A program made the translations under genes and the position numbers. Positions 15,071-19,889 of a stretch of 19,889 nt of DNA are shown piece by piece. Positions within the stretch are counted from its first letter, which is position 1. Every line of letters starts with the position of its first letter. The stretch lies in the UHGV virus genome UHGV-0130218; one strand, 5' to 3'. The notes beneath the pieces are model-generated. The model was given only the letters and a program-made list of their open reading frames with translations. It was not told the origin of the DNA and searched no databases. The DNA is from a virus.

Positions 15071-15250
15071 ATGCGCGAAGTTAACCGAAGGTTCAAAGAC
15101 CACAGAGGGATCCCCGTTCGGGTTATCCGGTGGGAGCCAGAGACTCAACGAGTTATCTACCTGCGGGATGGTTATAACCACGAATGTTTCAGCCCGCTCG
15201 AACAATTTAAGCGCAAGTTTACAGAGTTAAAGGACGACCATGAGCACTAA
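15071..15250 (+). CDS. Small conserved phage protein (59 aa), below the ORF-track size cutoff
   Basis: ATG at 15071 with GAAGG upstream. Encodes MREVNRRFKDHRGIPVRVIRWEPETQRVIYLRDGYNHECFSPLEQFKRKFTELKDDHEH, a balanced protein-like composition. It overlaps the next gene start and lies fully inside the low-complexity 14850-15230 frame. Confidence 0.4.
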   Translation: MREVNRRFKDHRGIPVRVIRWEPETQRVIYLRDGYNHECFSPLEQFKRKFTELKDDHEH

Positions 15251-16103
15251 ATTAACGGGTTACGTTTGGGACGCTTGTGCCGCTTCTGGCATGAAGCTGT
15301 CCAGCGTTGCCATCATGGCGCGTCTGGCAGACTTCAGCAGTGATGAAGGGGTTAGCTGGCCTTCCATCGCTACCATTGCGCGCCAGATTGGTGCCGGTGA
15401 GAGCACGGTTCGCACAGCCATATCTCAACTGGAAAAAGACGGGTGGTTAACCCGTCAGCAGCGCCGTAAAGGCAACCGCAATGCATCGAACGTTTACCAG
15501 CTTAATGTTGCGAAATTACAGGCTGCTGCCTTTTCTCACCTGTCAGATTCTGACGCATCAAAATCTGATGCCTCAAAAACCGACGCGTCAAAATCTGAGG
15601 CATCAAAAAACGATGAAAAAGGCGGTTTTCACCCGTCAGAATCTGGGGGGGATCCGTCAGTAAATACAACTACTGATCCATCAGATAAAAAACATTCTTG
15701 TCCGGTTGCTGCGCAACCCGACCCTGTGGTGGTTATCACCGATCAGGCGAAGCAGGTTTTATCACATCTGAACAAGACCACTGGTTCACGGTATCAGGTC
15801 TGCAAATCGTCCTTGGAAAACATCCGGGCTCGCCTGGCTGACGGGTTTACGCCCGATGAGCTGCTGTTGGTGGTGGATTACAGCGTCGAGAAGTGGGGCG
15901 AGGATCTGAAAATGGCCGAATACCTGCGCCCAACAACGTTGTTTTTGCCATCTAAATTCCCAGGTTACCTGCAATCCGCAAATAAGTGGAACGCAGCAGG
16001 ACGCCCAGAACGACAGTACTGGGGCTCAATTCGTAAGCATGATCCGATGAAATTTGGTGGGCCAGATAAAGCCATCCCAGCTGGCTTCAGGGGAGCGAAA
16101 TGA
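15240..16103 (+). CDS. Replication initiator (lambda O-like; N-terminal winged-HTH, C-terminal phage replication-protein domain) with internal repeats
   Basis: 287 aa. N-terminal HTH-like segment VSWPSIATIARQIGAGESTVRTAISQLEKDGWL. Central (S/T)DASK pentapeptide repeats encoded by 15-bp tandem repeats. Position after cro/cII as for lambda O. Confidence 0.65.
   Translation: MSTKLTGYVWDACAASGMKLSSVAIMARLADFSSDEGVSWPSIATIARQIGAGESTVRTAISQLEKDGWLTRQQRRKGNRNASNVYQLNVAKLQAAAFSHLSDSDASKSDASKTDASKSEASKNDEKGGFHPSESGGDPSVNTTTDPSDKKHSCPVAAQPDPVVVITDQAKQVLSHLNKTTGSRYQVCKSSLENIRARLADGFTPDELLLVVDYSVEKWGEDLKMAEYLRPTTLFLPSKFPGYLQSANKWNAAGRPERQYWGSIRKHDPMKFGGPDKAIPAGFRGAK
15549..15608 (+). repeat. Four tandem 15-bp repeats inside the O-like gene; candidate origin iterons
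   Basis: tctgacgcatcaaaa / tctgatgcctcaaaa / accgacgcgtcaaaa / tctgaggcatcaaaa, in frame (coding SDASK-like repeats). Analogous to the lambda ori iterons, which lie within O. Confidence 0.5.
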
Positions 16104-16999
16104 TGAGCATGAATGCTGATAACAAATATTGCCGCGCGCTGGCTGAACTTCGCTCAAAGCCAGCGCATGAATTGAAAGAGGTTGGCGATCAGTGGCGCAC
16201 TCCGGATTTGTTGTTTTGGGGCATCAATTCGATATTTGGGCCGATGGTTCTGGATCTGTTTGCAGACGATAGCAATGCTAAATGCCCTGCATGGTATACC
16301 GCCGAAGATAACGCGCTGACGCAGGATTGGTCAGTGCGTCTGGCAGAACTCGGTGGCGCCGCGTTTGCAAATCCGCCTTATAGCCGTTCTCAGTACCATG
16401 AAAAGCAGGCCATCACTGGCATGACCCACATCATGAATCACACAATGGCGATGCGTGATAAAGGTGGTCGTTACATATACCTCGTGAAGTCAGCCACAAG
16501 TGAAACATGGTGGCCGGAGGATGCCGATCACATCATGTTTATTCGTGGTCGTATTGGGTTCGATCTTCCTGTTTGGTTTGTTCCCGCTGACGAGAAGCAG
16601 CAACCCACCAGCGCATTTTTTGCCGGGGCAATCGCTGTCTTTGACAAAACCTGGCGTGGTGAAAGCTTCAGCTATATCAATCGCACCGAACTGGAAGAAA
16701 AAGGGCGAGCAGCATTGTCATTGGCTCAATTCGCCGCGGCAAAAATGGCCCTTCCGTCCGTGCCGGAAAAAGCAATGCCTACTGCCATTGCAACGCCTGA
16801 TGCAGAGTCGCGCATCTGGCCGCTGGAGGTTGGTCTGGTATTCAATCAGCTCGAGGGGGCGGATTCTCTGGAGGTGAACCAACAGAACAAGTTGAAGGCC
16901 AACATCAACCAACTCTGGCTGGAGCGTGTGCCTACCAGCGAAATAATTAGCGTGGCTGGTGGTCTGATTAGCAGCATGCAGGGGGCCGTCAATGCGTGA
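16100..16999 (+). CDS. Phage N6-adenine DNA methyltransferase (Dam-type)
   Basis: 299 aa. N-terminal WRTPDLLFWGINSIFGPMVLDLFADDSNAKCPAWYT and catalytic motif FANPPYS. Overlaps the upstream gene by 4 nt and the downstream gene by 8 nt. Confidence 0.7.
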   Translation: MMSMNADNKYCRALAELRSKPAHELKEVGDQWRTPDLLFWGINSIFGPMVLDLFADDSNAKCPAWYTAEDNALTQDWSVRLAELGGAAFANPPYSRSQYHEKQAITGMTHIMNHTMAMRDKGGRYIYLVKSATSETWWPEDADHIMFIRGRIGFDLPVWFVPADEKQQPTSAFFAGAIAVFDKTWRGESFSYINRTELEEKGRAALSLAQFAAAKMALPSVPEKAMPTAIATPDAESRIWPLEVGLVFNQLEGADSLEVNQQNKLKANINQLWLERVPTSEIISVAGGLISSMQGAVNA

Positions 17000-18929
17000 A
17001 ATCATCGTTGATAACTTTGCCGGTGGTGGCGGCGCGAGTACCGGCATTGAACTGGCCATCGGGCGTAGCGTGGATATCGCTATCAACCACGACGAAAACG
17101 CTATTGCGATGCATAAGACGAATCACCCTGACACGCTGCATTATTGCGAGTCGGTGTTTGACGTTGACCCAAGCGCAGCCACCAGCGGTAAACCTGTCGG
17201 TCTGGCCTGGTTTAGCCCTGACTGCCGCCACTTTTCCAAAGCTAAGGGCGCTAAGCCGGTTAAGAAAGAGATTCGCGGGCTGGCGTGGATTGTTCTGCGC
17301 TGGGCGCTGGCAGTACGTCCCCGCGTCATGATGCTGGAGAACGTCGAAGAATTTAAGACATGGGGCCCGCTGCTGGATGAAGAATTACGCCCGGATCCTG
17401 AGCGTGCTGGTGAAACATTCGAGGCATTTGTCGGCATGCTGTCGACTGGTATCGCGGCGAATCACCCAGCACTGGCTGAGGTTTGCGAATTTCTTGCCAT
17501 TGAGCCGCACGGCCAGCAGGCGCAACAGCTGATCGCTGGGCTTGGCTATGAGGTCGATTATCGTGAGCTGCGCGCTTGTGATTACGGCGCGCCGACGATC
17601 AGAAAGCGTTTCTTCATGGTCATGCGCTGTGACGGCCGCAAGATTCATTGGCCTGAAGCGACTCATGGGGATCCAAAATCACTGGAAGTACAAAGCGGCA
17701 AGCTGGCGCCATGGCGTACCGCGGCGGAGTGCATTGACTGGAATATCCCGGCCCGGTCCATCTTCGACCGCAAAAAGCCGCTGGCGGAAAATACGCTCAA
17801 ACGTATCGCGCGCGGCATCCAGCGCTTTGTTATCGAAAGCGCATCGCCTTTCATCGTGAAGTGTAACCACACCACGACGAAAGGAGGTTATGACTGTTTC
17901 CGCGGGCAATCGTTGTTAGAGCCATTGCAGACCATCACTAAAAAGCATGGCTACGCGCTGGCGGTACCGCATCTTACTAAATTCCGCACCGGGGCCACCG
18001 GGCAGCCAGTGACCGAGCCGGTACCAACTGTCACCGCTGGTACGTCGGCTCGCCCGGGCGGTAATGGGCATGCGCTTGGCGTAGTTGAGGCCGCGCTGAC
18101 ACCGTTCCTGGCGGGCAATGGCGGCAGTGAGTACCAGGCAAAGCCGCGCCCGCTGGATAAACCCGCTCATACAATCCTCAAGCAGTCCCGCGCGTGTGTG
18201 GTTGCTCCTGTCATCGCCCGCCAGTTTGGTGCCAGTGTTGGGCACAGGGCAGACGAGCCTAGCGCAACGATTACTGCTGGCGGTGGCGGTAAATCGCAGC
18301 TGGTAACCCCAACACTGATCCAGATGGGATACGGCGAACGCCCAGGGCAAGAACCGCGTGTTCTTCAACTGAATAACCCGCTCGGCACGGTCACTGCTGG
18401 TGGTAATAAGTTTGCGGCGGTGAGCGCGTTCCTGGCGAAGCACTATGGTGGGAATTACTCGGGGCCGGGTGTTGGTATGGATGAGCCTGCCCACTCAGTC
18501 ACTACCGTTGATCATCACGCGGTAGTTGCGTCGCACCTGGTGAAGCTGCGCGGAACCTGCCGCGACGGTCAGACCATGGATACACCTATGCCGACGATTA
18601 CCGCTGGTGGCCAGCACGTTGGCGAGGTCCGGACATTCCTCGAAACCTACTGCGGTGAAAGCGAGGATGAATGGCTGGTGACGATCGAAGGAGTTAAGTA
18701 CCAGATCATCGATATCGGAATGCGCATGCTGCAACCGCATGAGCTTTATAAGGCGCAGGGCTTCCCTGACGGCTACGTTATCGATCAGGACTATCGCGGC
18801 AATCGTTACGCCAAAGACAAGCAGGTAGCGCGCTGCGGTAACGCAGTACCGCCGCCGTTCGCTCGTGCGCTGGTAGAGGCAAATCTTCCTGAATTATGTG
18901 CAAATCAAAAGGCGGGTGCAGCCGCCTGA
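16992..18929 (+). CDS. C5-cytosine DNA methyltransferase with an expanded repeat-containing variable region
   Basis: 645 aa. Motif I FAGGGG, motif IV region FSPDCRHFS, motif VI MLENV, C-terminal ARCGNAVPPPFA. The central region holds about seven ~36-aa modules, each with a P-x-x-T-(I/V)-T core. Confidence 0.85.
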   Translation: MREIIVDNFAGGGGASTGIELAIGRSVDIAINHDENAIAMHKTNHPDTLHYCESVFDVDPSAATSGKPVGLAWFSPDCRHFSKAKGAKPVKKEIRGLAWIVLRWALAVRPRVMMLENVEEFKTWGPLLDEELRPDPERAGETFEAFVGMLSTGIAANHPALAEVCEFLAIEPHGQQAQQLIAGLGYEVDYRELRACDYGAPTIRKRFFMVMRCDGRKIHWPEATHGDPKSLEVQSGKLAPWRTAAECIDWNIPARSIFDRKKPLAENTLKRIARGIQRFVIESASPFIVKCNHTTTKGGYDCFRGQSLLEPLQTITKKHGYALAVPHLTKFRTGATGQPVTEPVPTVTAGTSARPGGNGHALGVVEAALTPFLAGNGGSEYQAKPRPLDKPAHTILKQSRACVVAPVIARQFGASVGHRADEPSATITAGGGGKSQLVTPTLIQMGYGERPGQEPRVLQLNNPLGTVTAGGNKFAAVSAFLAKHYGGNYSGPGVGMDEPAHSVTTVDHHAVVASHLVKLRGTCRDGQTMDTPMPTITAGGQHVGEVRTFLETYCGESEDEWLVTIEGVKYQIIDIGMRMLQPHELYKAQGFPDGYVIDQDYRGNRYAKDKQVARCGNAVPPPFARALVEANLPELCANQKAGAAA

Positions 18930-18943
18930 TATGGAGAAATAGC

Positions 18944-19636
18944 ATGAATCAGTTAACCGCAAAGGGTGTTGTGACAATGTCCAGCCGTGAAATTGCCAAG
19001 CTGGTGCAGAGCAAACATGGTGATGTGAAGCGCTCAGCTGAGCGCCTTGCTTCTGCTGGTATTTTAACCGCGCCGTTGGCGCACACCCCCTACACACACC
19101 CGCAAAATGGGCAAACCTACGAGGAGTATTGGTTCAACAAACGTGATTCTCTGGTGATCGTCGCCAGGTTGTCGCCAGAATTTACCGCCGCTGTTGTCGA
19201 TCGCTGGCAAGAGCTGGAGAACAGCCAGGCCGTAAGTGTCCCGCAAACATTGCCGGAGGCATTACGTCTCGCCGCGGATCTGGCCGAGCAGAAAGAACAA
19301 CTCAGCCAGCAGTTAGCCGCTGCCGCGCCGAAAGTTGAGTTTGTCGATCGGTATTGTACTGCTAAAGGCTCAATGTCTTTCCGCCAGGTGGCAAAGCTGT
19401 TGCAGGCCAAAGAGACCGATTTCCGCTTGTTCCTCATTGAGAGCGGCATTTTGTACCGGCTCAGTGGAGTGCTGACACCGCGGCACCAGCACATTGCTGC
19501 CGGGCGGTTTGAAGTGAAAACTGGCACTACGAGCGAAACAAACTACGCCTTTAGCCAGGCACGTTTTACACCCAAAGGCATCGAGTGGATCGGCGGCCTG
19601 TGGACGGCACACATCGCTAAGGGGCATGCCGCGTGA
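18944..19636 (+). CDS. Phage antirepressor-like protein (Rha/Ant N-terminal plus KilA-C-like C-terminal domain)
   Basis: ATG at 18944 preceded by ggaga; the upstream TTG extension would overlap the methyltransferase gene. N-terminal SSREIAKLVQSKHGDVKRSAERL resembles Rha/Ant. C-terminal VDRYCTAKGSMSFRQVAKLL...FRLFLIESGILYR resembles the KilA-C/ANT domain. Confidence 0.65.
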   Translation: MNQLTAKGVVTMSSREIAKLVQSKHGDVKRSAERLASAGILTAPLAHTPYTHPQNGQTYEEYWFNKRDSLVIVARLSPEFTAAVVDRWQELENSQAVSVPQTLPEALRLAADLAEQKEQLSQQLAAAAPKVEFVDRYCTAKGSMSFRQVAKLLQAKETDFRLFLIESGILYRLSGVLTPRHQHIAAGRFEVKTGTTSETNYAFSQARFTPKGIEWIGGLWTAHIAKGHAA

Positions 19637-19889
19637 GAGGACTGTTTACAGCCGAGACTGTTCCGCGCCTTGGGCTTGTGCTGTTAAAGCCGGGTAGCGA
19701 ACTGATGTCTTTGTTTCAACAGGGGCGTGTGCTGGTGGAGCCTCAGCCAAAAAGTATGGCTGGGCTTCCGTCGGGGCTCGTCCCTGATGCCAGGCAGCCG
19801 CTGGCAGAAGATAAGTCGCTCGAGGAATTCTTCACCGACGAGAGAGTAATCCGTGCAGCAGGCGGTTTGACCGCGTGGGAACCCTGGTT
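19633..19889 (+). CDS. Hypothetical protein, 5' partial ORF running off the window end
   Basis: Open frame from GTG at 19633 (overlapping the upstream stop as GTGA) to the end of the window without a stop. No recognisable domain. Confidence 0.3.
   Translation, partial: MRGLFTAETVPRLGLVLLKPGSELMSLFQQGRVLVEPQPKSMAGLPSGLVPDARQPLAEDKSLEEFFTDERVIRAAGGLTAWEPW

Noticed and set aside
15549-15608. Possible CRISPR array or minisatellite
   Set aside because: Four 15-bp units with no spacers, in frame inside a coding gene. They are better explained as iterons or a peptide repeat.
16500-18740. Multiple 60-190-aa ORFs on both strands inside the methyltransferase genes
   Set aside because: All lie within or antisense to the two methyltransferase genes, which have strong motif support; typical GC-rich shadow ORFs.
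18896-18943. Upstream extension of the antirepressor ORF
   Set aside because: It overlaps the 3' end of the methyltransferase gene. The ATG at 18944 has a proper RBS (ggaga).
1-19889. IS elements, transposases, integrons, rRNA or complete tRNA genes
   Set aside because: No transposase-like ORF, terminal inverted repeats of IS type, attC/attI structure or rRNA/tRNA-like sequence was seen. The only RNA-gene-like sequence is the tmRNA 3' fragment.

Overview
This window looks like a junction of mobile elements, probably enterobacterial, built around a short 3'-terminal copy of tmRNA (ssrA) that acts as an att core. (1) 1-1524, minus strand: a compact toxin/immunity-like pair bracketed by 24-bp direct repeats. 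(2) ~1676-7300: a degraded P4-like satellite with a truncated late-gene remnant, an Ogr/Delta zinc-finger activator whose first Cys ligand is Trp, a cos-like 19-mer, an AT-rich cargo of two translationally coupled reverse transcriptases followed by a structured non-coding region, and a P4-type integrase. The first RT is interrupted by a +1 frame change at an A9 tract. (3) 7312-19889: the early/immunity region of a lambdoid prophage, with an AT-rich membrane-anchored moron, integrase, excisionase, DEDDh exonuclease, a YfdP/Q/R-like cluster, CI-type repressor with OL/OR operator repeats, Cro, a CII-like regulator, an O-like replication initiator containing 15-bp iterons, a Dam-type N6A methyltransferase, a large C5-cytosine methyltransferase with internal repeats, and an antirepressor. 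The most notable system is the two-RT operon with its downstream inverted-repeat RNA candidate, sitting at the canonical P4 cargo position between cos and int; its architecture resembles a type 3 defence-associated RT system, but I cannot confirm family membership without profile searches. I found no rRNA, complete tRNA, CRISPR array or IS element by eye. All protein-family calls rest on motifs read from the translations, not on database searches.
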